Assembly: GCA_965230295.1 (NCBI GenBank)
Contig: OZ246001.1
Span: 2,144,001 to 2,208,000 of the forward strand
Origin: Marinicella sp.
Lineage (GTDB): Bacteria > Pseudomonadota > Gammaproteobacteria > Xanthomonadales > Marinicellaceae
DNA: 64,000 nucleotides
Reading direction: 5' to 3'
The position numbers and the translations under genes are program-made. The stretch's first letter is position 1; every line of letters begins with the position of its first letter. Positions 28,383 through 43,161 of the stretch are shown here, piece after piece. The notes under the pieces are model-generated. The model ran no database searches and had not been told where the DNA came from. It was given only the letters and a program-made list of their open reading frames with translations.

Positions 28383-28585
28383 GTCTTTTCTAGTCTCGGT
28401 GATAACACTTATTTACTCAGAGGTTGATGGTGCATTTGGTGCCAGCTGATAAGTCGTTGTTGGCTGGCTGGCTAAGCATTTATTAGCATCGCAGGATTAT
28501 AACATGGTGACATAAATCTGGGTTAAGATAGTTAGCGCCTCCACATGGGGTTTCATTTCATTGTATTAACTGATAAAAATACCAC

Positions 28586-31500
28586 ATGACTGAAAATAAC
28601 AATCACAATCATAAAACCTATAAAAGGGGAGAAAGCAGTCACTTTCAGGTTGTTCTGCTGGCTTGTACTTTGGTGCTGTTATTCATGAGTGATTTGCGAG
28701 CCGAAGTCACCAATCAAAAATATGTCAACATCACTCGATATGATGTTTATGAAGGGTTGGCCGGTAATAAAGTGACGCACATCGAACAGGATGAAGCCGG
28801 GTATATGTGGTTTGCCACCCACAGTGGGCTCAGTCGCTTTGACAGTCAGGCATTTCAGAATTTTAAGCAAGATACACTGGCGGCTGATGTATTGCCAGCC
28901 AATGAGATTTCTTTAATCCATGGAACCTCCACTGACATTTGGCTCAGCTTGAATGACGTAGGATTGGCCCGCTACAAACGCCAAGAAAATTTGTTTCAAC
29001 TGATTCCTGTGGGTGAAGGCATCACTGACGGGATTGAACATCCGGTGGTCTTTGCCATCAATTCAGATGCCAAAGGCCGGGTTTGGATCTTTCAATTTGA
29101 TCATGGGATATCAATCTATGACCCCACCACTGATCAGTATGAACACCTTCGACCAGACAACACTGATTGGCTGTCTTCAGTGCGATTTTTTGATGCCAAA
29201 TCTGATCAAAAAGATCAGTTGTGGGTGGCATCGTTAGAAGGGCAAATCATAAGAATCGATCCGCAAAATGGTTCGGCCAAAACTTACTACATTGATTACC
29301 CATTGGATGATCAAAAAATGGGCAGAATGTATAGTTTAACGGTTGGACGCAACAATCAAATTTATGCATCAGGTTATCAAGGCGTGTATGTCTTCAATGA
29401 AGCTTCTGACCAATTCGACCTATTGATCAGCGCACAAAACATCATTGATTTGATGGGTGAACGATTGACCGCCAGAAGTTTGACCAGTGATTCAGCGGGT
29501 AATTTATGGCTGGCCACTCGCAAGGGATTGATCTTGTTCAGGAACAACCAGATCATTCCTTTGAGGTTTTTACAGCGGGGCAAGCCACAGAATCTTGATT
29601 TCAATGTCCGTTCAATCTATGAAGACAGAGAATTCAACTTATGGGTTGCGACCGATAAGAATGGAGTGATTAAACTGAGCCATGATTGGGACTCATTTGA
29701 TATTTATTTGCCTTTCAGGGACACCAATCTGATGGATAACAACATCAAAGAAGTTTTAAGTGATCATGCTTTATTGGATGATTCCTTTTGGATTTATAAT
29801 GAGGGTGCTGAAAGCCTGAACGTTTTCAGGTATCAAAAAGGACTGCTAAATTTAAATCAATATTACGATCAATCTCATCAGTTGCCAGATACTGTTTTGG
29901 ATTTGTTCCAGGATCAAGACTACCGGTTATGGGTGACCGCAGTCTCCGGTTTGTTTTATTTTGATCAAGCATTGCGACAGTTTGTTCAAGTTGAAGATGA
30001 ACTGATGCATGGGGGCATCACCGAGATTTTTGAGTCAAATGACGCCCTTTATTTAGCTGTCTATGGTGAGACAGAGTTATACCGGGTCAGCAAACTTGAC
30101 TTGAGTGTCAGTCAACATGAGAACCAATTGCTCAATGACGTGTTGAATAACCAGGAATTGGGTCCCGAAGGACAATACTGGCTGGTCGGTAATCGCGGTC
30201 TTGAGGTCTTCAATCCGGCCACCGCAGAAGCCACCACCTTGATCAGTTCAACAGAAGGGTTTCAAGACATCGCCATAGACCAGGAACAAAGTACAGTTTG
30301 GTTGTTGTCCAATGGACGGCTGTTTAAATACAATTATGTTGAAGGTGGTTTGATCAATCAAGACACCAGTGCCATCAACGCTCAAATTTCTACTGATTTT
30401 GCAGATCACATCAATATCATCGATCAACAACTGTGGTTGTCGGCTGAAAATGGATTGATTGTGATTGATCCAGAAACCAACACCTTAACCAAAAGGTTGT
30501 CGGTGGCTGAAAGTTTGCCCAGCAATGAAATAGTTGCAGTAGAAAAGTTATATGACCAGTCCATCATGGTCTTTACCAAAGCTGGAATTGTGCAAATCAA
30601 TGGAGATGTTGTAAGCAGTGAAATGACCCAACCACAGATTAATATGCTCTCTGTGATGTTGAATGACAGCACCGCATTATCCAACCATCCTCTGGATTTT
30701 AATTATGGCAGTCTGACTTTTGCGTATCAGTTGATGTCTTTCAACAACCCTGGCAGTCATTCTTACCAATATCGGCTGCAAGCAGATGCCTCTTGGGAAG
30801 ATGTCAAAGGTCAAAACAACCTGACTTTTCACCAACTACCAACAGGCCAATATGAATTTTCAGTCAGGGGCAAAACATCCAAAAGTGCCTGGTCGGAACC
30901 AGTATCAATATCGTTTGATGTGGCAGCAGCACCATGGAAGACGACTCAAGCGTATGGATTGTATGTTTTAACAGGCTTGTTGATATTGGGTGTTGTGTTT
31001 TACATATTCCGTAAACGCTGGCAATACAATGCCAGGATTTCCTACGCAACTGAAAAACAAGCCTTTGCCGAGAATCAGCTCTCATTAACCACATCTTTGG
31101 TAACCGCTTTAGATACGGCTCAATTGTTAGAAAAGATCAAGCAACAAATCAGTGCAAAAATCAGGGTCGATGAGGTGGAAGTCTGTTACTGGAACAGCCA
31201 AAATAATTATCAGATATTCAGTGATCAAAATTTAACCACCACGGAACAAAATGAACTGGGTGCTCGAGCACTGAAAATGTTTCAAGCAAACACCAGACAT
31301 TTCATTGAAAAAACTGAATTGGGAGACATTTTATGGGTCATGTTCAGCCATTCACAAGAACGATTGGGTTTGGTTAAACTGTTTCGCAGTCAGGGTGTTT
31401 TCAATGTCAGTGACATCAGCTTGGCACAAGCCTATGCCACGCAGTCATCATTGGCACTAGAAAACGCACGGCTATTTGAAGCGGTGAACGACCTGGCTGA

Positions 31501-32953
31501 ACAAGCCAATGCCTCTAATCAAGCCAAAAGTGATTTTCTGGCACAGGTGTCGCATGAAATTCGAACCCCAATGAATGGTATCTTGGGTATGAATGAATTG
31601 TTGATCGGCACTGAGCTGACTGAAGAACAGCGAATCTATGCCATGGCAGTGGCTGAGTCAGGAGAACATTTGTTACACATCATCAATGATATTCTGGACT
31701 TATCTAAAATTGAATCCGGGGAGTTGACCTTAGAAATTAGGCCTGTTAATTTGGTCTCATTGATGGACCAAATCAGTAAGTCATTCGTATCAGCCAGTGG
31801 CAAAAAGAAACTGACTTTCTGGGTTGATATCGATCCATCTTTGCCTATACAACGCATGGCAGATTCAGTGCGGTTGAAACAAATCATCATGAACTTACTG
31901 AGCAATGCTTTTAAATTCACCCACAAAGGACAAGTGTCAGCTGTACTCAAACCTGGAGAGAATGACGATGTTTTGTTCACTGTAAATGACAGTGGTATTG
32001 GCATTGAGCCAGAAATTTTGAATCGGTTGTTTGACCCATTTACTCAGGCTGACAGTTCAATCACCAGAAAATATGGTGGCACAGGTCTGGGTTTAAGTAT
32101 TGTGAAAAAACTGATTGAAAAAATGGATGGAGCCATCGAAGTGATCAGTGAACCAGGTATTGGTACTTCAGTTATTTGTAGTTTGCCACTGACCATTGAT
32201 CCTGATCTGGTTGCTGCAACCAATCTGAATAAGACCGTCCAAATCAAAGCCCATGAAGGCCCCAGTAACCAGGAAATATTGCTGGCACTGCAACATGCCT
32301 TGGCCATTTCTGGCATCCAGACCATTGAAGCAGATGAAGAATTTTCAGGTCAAATTGATGCATTGATGTTGATTGATGCCACAACTGAACAAAACAACGG
32401 TTTCGGTGAGGCGATCAAGGCAGCCAATCGTGAATTGGTGCCCGTTTATTTGGTCAAACCTTGCCATCAAGAAAAAGTTTATCAGCAGGGTGCTTTCAAA
32501 GTGATTGATTTGCCTTGTTCAATTGGTGACTTGAGGCTGTTGTTCTCCAGTAAGTCAGAACAACTTTATTGCGAATACAACCCGAACTCTGGAAAGCAAA
32601 ACCCCTTGCATTTGTTGGTGGTTGAAGACAACCCCATCAATCAGCAATTGTTATTAGAGTTGCTTGAAAAAGAAGGACATGTGGTTGATATTTTTGATGA
32701 TGCCAATCAAGCCTTGGCAGGCATCAGTAACATCAAATATGATTTGCTGCTGGTAGATTACCATTTACCTGATTTGACCGGCATTGAATTCATCAAAGCC
32801 TGTCGAGGGGTTGGAGTTACAGCCAAAACAGTGATCATGAGTGCTGACATTTCCAAGGAATTGCAAGAGTTGTGTGGTCTGAATGACATCAATTATCTGA
32901 TCACCAAACCGTTCAAGTTGGCTGAACTCATTGATGTGATTAACAAACAATAA
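28586..32953 (+). CDS. hybrid sensor histidine kinase: beta-propeller/Y_Y_Y periplasmic sensor, GAF, HisKA, HATPase and receiver
   Basis: D..G.MWFAT..GLSRFD repeats, YQYRL...[15 protein letters not shown] + [53 protein letters not shown]...DYHLP...KPF. Confidence 0.92.
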   Translation: MTENNNHNHKTYKRGESSHFQVVLLACTLVLLFMSDLRAEVTNQKYVNITRYDVYEGLAGNKVTHIEQDEAGYMWFATHSGLSRFDSQAFQNFKQDTLAADVLPANEISLIHGTSTDIWLSLNDVGLARYKRQENLFQLIPVGEGITDGIEHPVVFAINSDAKGRVWIFQFDHGISIYDPTTDQYEHLRPDNTDWLSSVRFFDAKSDQKDQLWVASLEGQIIRIDPQNGSAKTYYIDYPLDDQKMGRMYSLTVGRNNQIYASGYQGVYVFNEASDQFDLLISAQNIIDLMGERLTARSLTSDSAGNLWLATRKGLILFRNNQIIPLRFLQRGKPQNLDFNVRSIYEDREFNLWVATDKNGVIKLSHDWDSFDIYLPFRDTNLMDNNIKEVLSDHALLDDSFWIYNEGAESLNVFRYQKGLLNLNQYYDQSHQLPDTVLDLFQDQDYRLWVTAVSGLFYFDQALRQFVQVEDELMHGGITEIFESNDALYLAVYGETELYRVSKLDLSVSQHENQLLNDVLNNQELGPEGQYWLVGNRGLEVFNPATAEATTLISSTEGFQDIAIDQEQSTVWLLSNGRLFKYNYVEGGLINQDTSAINAQISTDFADHINIIDQQLWLSAENGLIVIDPETNTLTKRLSVAESLPSNEIVAVEKLYDQSIMVFTKAGIVQINGDVVSSEMTQPQINMLSVMLNDSTALSNHPLDFNYGSLTFAYQLMSFNNPGSHSYQYRLQADASWEDVKGQNNLTFHQLPTGQYEFSVRGKTSKSAWSEPVSISFDVAAAPWKTTQAYGLYVLTGLLILGVVFYIFRKRWQYNARISYATEKQAFAENQLSLTTSLVTALDTAQLLEKIKQQISAKIRVDEVEVCYWNSQNNYQIFSDQNLTTTEQNELGARALKMFQANTRHFIEKTELGDILWVMFSHSQERLGLVKLFRSQGVFNVSDISLAQAYATQSSLALENARLFEAVNDLAEQANASNQAKSDFLAQVSHEIRTPMNGILGMNELLIGTELTEEQRIYAMAVAESGEHLLHIINDILDLSKIESGELTLEIRPVNLVSLMDQISKSFVSASGKKKLTFWVDIDPSLPIQRMADSVRLKQIIMNLLSNAFKFTHKGQVSAVLKPGENDDVLFTVNDSGIGIEPEILNRLFDPFTQADSSITRKYGGTGLGLSIVKKLIEKMDGAIEVISEPGIGTSVICSLPLTIDPDLVAATNLNKTVQIKAHEGPSNQEILLALQHALAISGIQTIEADEEFSGQIDALMLIDATTEQNNGFGEAIKAANRELVPVYLVKPCHQEKVYQQGAFKVIDLPCSIGDLRLLFSSKSEQLYCEYNPNSGKQNPLHLLVVEDNPINQQLLLELLEKEGHVVDIFDDANQALAGISNIKYDLLLVDYHLPDLTGIEFIKACRGVGVTAKTVIMSADISKELQELCGLNDINYLITKPFKLAELIDVINKQ

Positions 32954-32971
32954 ACTGATTATTGCTGGGTT

Positions 32972-33385
32972 TTAAGATTGTTTTTTACCGTTGACTTTGC
33001 CGTTGATGTCATTCAACGCTTCGTTGAGTTTTCTGACCAGTAAATCCTTTTTCTCTGGGTCAACATACTTGGATTCGAAGGCGGTTTGGGTTTTTACGAT
33101 CAAGTCATCAAAGTTCTTACCTTCCCATTTGATCGGTTCCATTTTGTCTTTACTGGCATCATCAAACAAACCAATCCACTTTTCAGATAAACGGCCATAA
33201 CTGAGGATCCGATACATGTACCGTCCTGGTCGTTCGCTGTGAGCGATCAAGCCAAATAAAGCAGCAAAGAAACACAAGGGCATCAAAGCCAAGTCTCGCA
33301 GGCCATCAACGATGAGTTTGAGTTGTAACACGATGGTGTCGCGGACGAGTTCGGATCTGGAGTTTAAGTCTTCTGGTTCTTGCAT
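32972..33385 (-). CDS. conserved hypothetical membrane-associated protein
   Basis: 137 aa. RD..VLQLKL.VDGLRD..L.P...E.WI.LF looks like a conserved gammaproteobacterial hypothetical family. Confidence 0.7.
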   Translation of the reverse strand: MQEPEDLNSRSELVRDTIVLQLKLIVDGLRDLALMPLCFFAALFGLIAHSERPGRYMYRILSYGRLSEKWIGLFDDASKDKMEPIKWEGKNFDDLIVKTQTAFESKYVDPEKKDLLVRKLNEALNDINGKVNGKKQS

Positions 33386-33468
33386 AAATGGCCCAATCTG
33401 AAGTGTTGTGTTTTAATTATTATAAATGGACAGGTCCTGATATTGAATAGGCCTTTGGTAATCATTTA

Positions 33469-33838
33469 ATGAATGTCGCTTGCCTTCTTTTTCGCAAAGC
33501 GAAAAAACCGGCTGCGCTCCATGGCTTTTATGAGTCTTGCTCTGTATTGCTGGCGCAATCCAACCGCCATCCATTGGATGAATGTTGCTTGCCTTCTTTC
33601 TGTATCGCAAAAAACCGGCTGCGCTCCATGGCTTTTATGAGTCTTGCTCTGTATTGCTGGCGCAATCCAACCGCCATCCATTGGATGAATGTTGCTTGCC
33701 TTCTTTCTGTATCGCAAAAAACCGGCTGCGTTTCATGGCTTTTATGAGTCTGGCTCGCCTAGAGGGATGTAGGTGTGCCGCGTTAGCAGGATGCGGAAGC
33801 GGCCTGACTTGCTGGCGCAATCCAACCGCCATCCATTG
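33469..33838. repeat. tandem array of three 107-109 bp structured units, the third carrying a 48-bp inserted cassette
   Basis: Units start at 33469, 33578 and 33685, are near identical and have no spacers. Insert at 33756-33803. Confidence 0.92.
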
Positions 33839-33855
33839 CTCTCTGATACCAGTGG

Positions 33856-34311
33856 TTAACTGGTTATTGAAGCAACGAAAATTTCAGCTACCGCTTCAAA
33901 AAAATCTTTTTCAGCAGCTCCAAAGCGTTTTTTGATCGGGCTGTCGACATCCAGGACGCCATTGATTTGATCGGTGTAAAAAGGCACAACGATTTCTGAT
34001 TCAGAGGCGGCATCGCAGGCCACATGACCAGCAAAGGCGTGTACATCTGCCACCACTTCGGTGGCTTTTTGGGCAAAAGCTGTGCCACAAACCCCTTCGC
34101 CGATGGTCAAGCGGGTGCAGGCAGGTTGGCCATGAAAGGGGCCCAGCACCAATTCATCACCCTGTTGGTAATAAAAACCCAACCAGTTGACTCGTTCCAG
34201 GTTGTGGTACAGAAATGAACTGAGGTTGGCCGCATTGGCCTGTAGGTCATTTTCTGCTGATAACAGCGCCTCTAGTTGTTTGAGTAGCAGTGGGTAATTG
34301 TTTTCGCTCAT
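33856..34311 (-). CDS. msrC: free methionine-R-sulfoxide reductase (GAF domain, YebR/MsrC)
   Basis: NWLGFY, LGPFHGQPAC, GEGVCG, VADVHAFAGHVACD.AS.SEIVVP, VLDVDS. Confidence 0.9.
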   Translation of the reverse strand: MSENNYPLLLKQLEALLSAENDLQANAANLSSFLYHNLERVNWLGFYYQQGDELVLGPFHGQPACTRLTIGEGVCGTAFAQKATEVVADVHAFAGHVACDAASESEIVVPFYTDQINGVLDVDSPIKKRFGAAEKDFFEAVAEIFVASITS

Positions 34312-34344
34312 GCCAATCTGTGGTGGTTAAAACGAGTAGGTGGG

Positions 34345-34379
34345 GCTGGTCTGAATGAATTAAAGCCATTCAGACCAGC
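34345..34379. terminator. 13-bp stem-loop downstream of mscL
   Basis: gctggtctgaatg...cattcagaccagc. Confidence 0.55.
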
Positions 34380-34393
34380 TATTTTTGTTTGAG

Positions 34394-34795
34394 TTATTTG
34401 TTTTTTAACAGGTCTCTGATTTCTGTCAACAAAACTTCTTCATTGGAAGGCTTGGGTGGCTCTGCCGGCGCTTCCTCTTCTTTTTTCTGCAGGTTGTTCA
34501 TGAATTTAACCATCATGAATACAGCAAACGCGATGATGATAAAGTCAATGGCGGTTTGCACAAAGGCCCCCCATTGCAGCACCACGGCTTCTGTTGTTTC
34601 TGTGGCCGCTTTTAATTCATAAGCCAAATCGGAAAAATCAACACCACCGATCAACAGTCCCAAAGGCGGCATCATCACACCATTAACAAAGGCCGAAACG
34701 ATTTTGCCAAAAGCAGCACCAATGATGATACCCACTGCCATGTCCATCACATTGCCTTTGACTGCAAACTTCTTAAATTCTGCCATCATGCCCAT
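34394..34795 (-). CDS. mscL: large-conductance mechanosensitive channel
   Basis: [44 protein letters not shown]. Confidence 0.97.
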   Translation of the reverse strand: MGMMAEFKKFAVKGNVMDMAVGIIIGAAFGKIVSAFVNGVMMPPLGLLIGGVDFSDLAYELKAATETTEAVVLQWGAFVQTAIDFIIIAFAVFMMVKFMNNLQKKEEEAPAEPPKPSNEEVLLTEIRDLLKNK

Positions 34796-34883
34796 AAATT
34801 TCTCCTCTTAAGTAGTAAAGTCCAATTATTGTATACAGAAACCTGGATCAATGTGCATGAAAACATTGTTAATAAACGCAAAA

Positions 34884-35151
34884 AGGAATGTTCTTGGGTC
34901 TCTATTCACTTTTGTTCCAAACAAAAGTGAAAACGACCACGGCGAACATGATTTGCTACCTCGCGCTCTTCGCCTCTGATTGGCCTACACGGATGTAGGT
35001 CTGCCGCGATAGCTAGGAGCGATAGCGGCCGCTATAACAAAAGCTCACGGCTAATCAATCATTACATCAGGGCTTCTTTGCTTTGCAAAATCGCCAAGAT
35101 TGCATGATTTGCCTAACCGGCTCGGCGGGTCAAGCTGCTCAGCAGCTTTTC
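34884..35151. repeat. composite modular repeat, copy B (scaffold plus one X and one Y cassette)
   Basis: Same scaffold as copies A and C. Inserts at about 34982-35040 and 35049-35114. Confidence 0.9.
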
Positions 35152-35198
35152 AAGGCCCATCACATGGACAGGCCTTAGGGTTTACTGAAGCAGTTGTA

Positions 35199-36602
35199 TT
35201 ACAGTGAATAATACATGTCGAATTCAGCAGGATGGGTGCTCATGCGAATGCGATCGACTTCAGCTTGTTTCAGTTCAATGAAACCATCAATCACATCATC
35301 TGTAAATACACCACCGGCTTTTAAGAAATCACGGTCTTGATCCAAAGCTTCCAAAGCCTGATCCAAAGAGTGACACACCGTAGGGATGCTCTTGGCTTCT
35401 TCAGGTGGCAAGTCATACAAATCTTTGTCCATGGCTGAACCTGGATCAATCTTGTTTTTGATGCCATCAAGGCCAGCCATCATCATGGCAGCAAACATCA
35501 AATAAGGGTTACCCATGGGATCACCAAAGCGCACTTCAATGCGGCGTGCTTTGGGGTTGTTGACGAATGGAATTCTTACAGAAGCTGAGCGGTTGCGGGC
35601 AGAATAGGCCAGCATCACCGGTGCTTCAAAACCAGGCACCAATCTTTTGTATGAGTTGGTAGATGAATTGGCAAAGGCATTCAAGGCACGGGCATGCTTG
35701 AAGATACCGCCAATGTAATGTAAGGCTGTTTCAGACAAACCACCATAACCATCACCCATAAACAGGTTTTCACCACCTTTGGATAAAGATTGGTGAACAT
35801 GCATACCACTGCCGTTGTCCCCAACTATTGGTTTTGGCATGAATGTGGCGGTGTAGCCATAATCATGCGCCACATTGTGAACCGCATATTTCATCATCAA
35901 AACTTCATCGGCTTTCTTGACCAATGTATTGAACTTGGCTCCAATTTCACATTGGCCAGCGGTTCCAACTTCATGGTGATGAACTTCAATTTCCAAGCCC
36001 ATACCTTCCATGACCTTACACATGGCTGAACGCAAGTCATTCAAAGAGTCAACAGGAGGTACTGGAAAATAGCCACCTTTCACTCGTGGACGATGTCCGG
36101 CATTTTCTTTGGCATCTGAACCAGATTCCCAAGCACCTTCTCGAGAATAAATTTCGTAGCGACAATCGTTGGCATCGGTGTTCCAGCTCACGCCATCAAA
36201 GACAAAAAACTCAGGCTCAGGGCCAAAGAAAGCGGTGTCTGCAATGCCAGCTTGTTGTAAAAACGCCTCAGCTCGTTTGGCAATTGAACGTGGGTCACGT
36301 TCATAACCTTGCATGGTGTTGGGCTCTAAAATATCACAGCGAATCACCAAAGTTGGGTACTGGCTGAATGGGTCAATGAAAGCCGTATCTGGTTCCGGCA
36401 TCAAGACCATGTCAGATTCATTGATACCTTTCCAGCCATTGATAGATGAGCCATCAAACATTTTACCATCTTCAAACAAGTCATCATCAACTTGAGAAAC
36501 TGGTAAAGTCACGTGGTGTTCTTTACCGGCCGTGTCACAAAAACGCAGATCAACAAAATCAATGTTTTCGTCTTTAATTAAATTCAAAATTTTATCGCTC
36601 AT
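35199..36602 (-). CDS. glnA: glutamine synthetase type I
   Basis: [68 protein letters not shown] (adenylylation Tyr). Confidence 0.98.
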   Translation of the reverse strand: MSDKILNLIKDENIDFVDLRFCDTAGKEHHVTLPVSQVDDDLFEDGKMFDGSSINGWKGINESDMVLMPEPDTAFIDPFSQYPTLVIRCDILEPNTMQGYERDPRSIAKRAEAFLQQAGIADTAFFGPEPEFFVFDGVSWNTDANDCRYEIYSREGAWESGSDAKENAGHRPRVKGGYFPVPPVDSLNDLRSAMCKVMEGMGLEIEVHHHEVGTAGQCEIGAKFNTLVKKADEVLMMKYAVHNVAHDYGYTATFMPKPIVGDNGSGMHVHQSLSKGGENLFMGDGYGGLSETALHYIGGIFKHARALNAFANSSTNSYKRLVPGFEAPVMLAYSARNRSASVRIPFVNNPKARRIEVRFGDPMGNPYLMFAAMMMAGLDGIKNKIDPGSAMDKDLYDLPPEEAKSIPTVCHSLDQALEALDQDRDFLKAGGVFTDDVIDGFIELKQAEVDRIRMSTHPAEFDMYYSL

Positions 36603-36755
36603 CAGAAATCCTGTGTAAAAGTAGATTGCGCGTATTTTAAGGTTTCAGGCGCGTTAAAAACATACGCAATTATGCGAGGATTTGGCTTAAATCTGCTGCT
36701 GACTTTTACCGGTAATTGGTGTAAATTGGTCAGCATGACTCAACCACGGCTCAGC

Positions 36756-37520
36756 ATGTTCAAATCCAAATTTTGCGTTTCATTGTGTTTTTTGATGATG
36801 GGGATTTGGCCTGCTTTTAACGCAAACTCGGCTGAATTGAGGGTGGCTGTGGCAAGCAATTTTTATGCCACTTTATTGACGTTAGAAACTGAATTTCATC
36901 GCCAAACGGGCCATGAATTACGCATCAGCTCCGCATCATCAGGGCAGTTATTTGCCCAGATCAAACACGGTGCCCCCTTTGATGTTTTCATGTCGGCTGA
37001 CATGGCCAGGCCATTACAACTGGTGCGTGATGGATTGGCCAGTGAACCAGACATTTATGCCCGCGGACAATTGGTGTTGCTGGCAAACTCAGAAGACGGA
37101 TCATGTGAAAGGGTGTTCGATTCGGATCACCGTCAGTTTGTGGCCTTGGCCAATCCGGATTTGGCTCCTTTTGGCGCAGCCGCCAAAGCCTATTTGCAAC
37201 ATCAGGGCATTTGGGATAATCAGCAATACAAAAAGGTTATGGGTGAAAATGTGACCCAAGTGATGCAGATGGTTGTTTCGAAAAATGCAGCCATGGGTCT
37301 GGTGGCCAAGTCACAATTGGTCAATTACTCATTGGCAGAACATCAATGTAAGTTAGACATTGCCGTTGAGCACTACCCACCAATCGATCAAGGCATGGTT
37401 TTCATCAACGCATCAGATCGCAAAGCACTCTACACCGCATGGGCGGCTTTTTTGCGTTCCAGCCAAGTACAAAATACCATCCGTCAACACGGCTATTTGT
37501 TACCAGAGAAATCTCCGTGA
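36756..37520 (+). CDS. modA: molybdate ABC transporter substrate-binding protein
   Basis: VAVASNF, SSG.LFAQI.HGAPFDVFMSAD, ALANP.LAPFG.AA, GENV.Q. Start may be 36735. Confidence 0.92.
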   Translation: MFKSKFCVSLCFLMMGIWPAFNANSAELRVAVASNFYATLLTLETEFHRQTGHELRISSASSGQLFAQIKHGAPFDVFMSADMARPLQLVRDGLASEPDIYARGQLVLLANSEDGSCERVFDSDHRQFVALANPDLAPFGAAAKAYLQHQGIWDNQQYKKVMGENVTQVMQMVVSKNAAMGLVAKSQLVNYSLAEHQCKLDIAVEHYPPIDQGMVFINASDRKALYTAWAAFLRSSQVQNTIRQHGYLLPEKSP

Positions 37521-38191
37521 ACTGGCCCGACCTCACAGCCCTTTACCTCAGTCTCAAATTGGCTGGAATCACCACCTTGCTCCTCATCGGTCTGGGCACA
37601 CCTTTGGCCTGGTGGTTGGCACGATCTCAAGCCCGCATCAAACCCTTGATTGAAACTTTGGTGGCCTTACCGATCGTTTTACCACCGACGGTGATGGGCT
37701 TTTACCTTTTGATGCTATTGGGTCCGGATGGCTGGTTAGGCGGCTTGTGGGTGCGTTTAACCGGACAGGCATTGACTTTTTCTTTCACCGGACTGGTGGT
37801 GGCATCACTTTTTTACAGTTTGCCGTTCGTGGTACAGCCCATACAAAATGGTTTTGAATCAGTATCACCTCGATTGATGGATGCCGCCAGGTCACTGGGC
37901 GCCAAGCCACTAGATGCTTTTTTCTCAGTGGCAGTGCCCTTGGCCAAACGCGGATTTCTGACAGCCGCGGTGTTGGGTTTTGCCCACACATTGGGAGAGT
38001 TTGGTGTGGTGCTGATGGTGGGTGGCAACATCCCTGGAGAAACCAAAGTCATCGCCATAGAAATTTATAATCAAGTGGAAATATTGAATTATCAACAAGC
38101 CCACTTGTTATCAGCGATACTGTTGGTGTTGGCATTTGTGATGATATTCATGATGTATTTTTTTAATCACAAAAATCGGAACAGGCCATGA
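37517..38191 (+). CDS. modB: molybdate ABC transporter permease
   Basis: LP.VLPPTV.GFYLL, YSLPFVVQP, FAHTLGEFG. GTG start overlaps the modA TGA. Confidence 0.95.
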   Translation: MNWPDLTALYLSLKLAGITTLLLIGLGTPLAWWLARSQARIKPLIETLVALPIVLPPTVMGFYLLMLLGPDGWLGGLWVRLTGQALTFSFTGLVVASLFYSLPFVVQPIQNGFESVSPRLMDAARSLGAKPLDAFFSVAVPLAKRGFLTAAVLGFAHTLGEFGVVLMVGGNIPGETKVIAIEIYNQVEILNYQQAHLLSAILLVLAFVMIFMMYFFNHKNRNRP

Positions 38192-39273
38192 AAAATATAT
38201 GCCAGTGCCAATTATTGATTAAGCAGGGCGGATTCGACTTGCAGGTTGAATTTGCAGTCCCTGCACAAGGGATCCTTGGCCTGTTTGGTCCTTCTGGCTG
38301 TGGTAAAACCAGTTTGTTAAGGGCTGTGGCAGGTTTTGATCATCATCCCGGGAGCCATGTCTCATTGCAAGATGAAGTGCTGCAATCTGATTCTGTATTT
38401 ATCAAGCCAGAAAACAGAAAGATGGCCTATGTCTTTCAAGACAGCCAACTGTTTCCTCATTTGTCGGTCAAAGAAAATTTAGAATTTGCCCTTAAAAGAG
38501 CGGTGCAGCATACAACATCCAATCAAATGGTGATGAATGAAGTGGTGGAACTCATGGGATTAAAGCCAATTCTAGGTCGCTTACCGCAGCGATTGTCTGG
38601 TGGGGAACAACAACGGGTTGCCCTGGCCAGGGCATTGATGAGGAACCCGCAATTGCTGTTGTTGGACGAACCCATGGCTTCGCTGGATCATCACAATAAA
38701 GTCAAATTAATTTCGTACTTAAGAAAAATACATAAGCAGTGGCAGTTACCCATGGTATTTGTCAGCCATCAGATGGATGAAATCATGGCCTTGTGTGACC
38801 AATTATTGGTCATTGAGCAGGGCCGAGTGCAATTCCAAGGATCCATGGTTGATGCCATGTTGATGCCAAAATCTCCCCTGTCATCAAAGCAACAAGTTTC
38901 TGCCGTATTGAATGGTGTAGTGAATGGCTTTGATCCTAAATTTGGTTTGATGCAGATCAAAACCAAAGGGGGCATGCTGATTGAAGTCAAAGGGCAAGCT
39001 CAATTGGGCGCTGAATTTCGGATGGTGGTGCCGGCCAATGATGTCAGTTTAGCGCTTGATGCACCCAATAACACCAGTGTGTTGAATGTGTTTCATGGTG
39101 AAGTGTGCAAGCTCATTGCTTCGGGTGAATATGACCAATTGGTCCATGTAAAATTAAACAATGAAACATTGGTGGCTCGAATTTCCAATAAATCAAAATC
39201 AAACATGGGATTGGAACTGGGTTCTGAGGTGTATGCCCAAATCAAGTTACAAGTGATTAAATTGATCGAATAA
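38188..39273 (+). CDS. modC: molybdate ABC transporter ATPase with TOBE domain
   Basis: GPSGCGKTS, LSGGEQQRVAL, LLLDEP, C-terminal TOBE (SVLN...VYAQIK). Confidence 0.94.
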   Translation: MKNICQCQLLIKQGGFDLQVEFAVPAQGILGLFGPSGCGKTSLLRAVAGFDHHPGSHVSLQDEVLQSDSVFIKPENRKMAYVFQDSQLFPHLSVKENLEFALKRAVQHTTSNQMVMNEVVELMGLKPILGRLPQRLSGGEQQRVALARALMRNPQLLLLDEPMASLDHHNKVKLISYLRKIHKQWQLPMVFVSHQMDEIMALCDQLLVIEQGRVQFQGSMVDAMLMPKSPLSSKQQVSAVLNGVVNGFDPKFGLMQIKTKGGMLIEVKGQAQLGAEFRMVVPANDVSLALDAPNNTSVLNVFHGEVCKLIASGEYDQLVHVKLNNETLVARISNKSKSNMGLELGSEVYAQIKLQVIKLIE

Positions 39274-39305
39274 AAAAGAAGGCCACTTCCTCAGTGGCCT
39301 TCTTC
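39272..39305. terminator. bidirectional terminator modC/eno
   Basis: aaaaaagaaggccact-tcctc-agtggccttct. Confidence 0.8.
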
Positions 39306-39315
39306 TGATCATAAA

Positions 39316-41434
<2,119 letters not shown>

Positions 41435-41448
41435 GTGTACCTCTTTGG

Positions 41449-43128
<1,680 letters not shown>

Positions 43129-43161
43129 TTATATCCGATGCCCTAATTATTTAGCAACCAT

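Noticed and set aside
33469-33838. Possible CRISPR array
   Set aside because: Units are 107-109 bp and contiguous, with no unique spacers, and no cas genes are in the window.
33413-33935. Overlapping 65-117 aa ORFs on both strands
   Set aside because: They are translations of the tandem repeat; the unit length is not a multiple of 3, so the same peptide recurs in different frames.
36603-36755. NtrC/sigma-54 or ModE sites between glnA and modA
   Set aside because: I could not find TGGCAC-N5-TTGC, a TGCAC-N7-GTGCA-like site or a TATAT-N7-TAYAT-like site.
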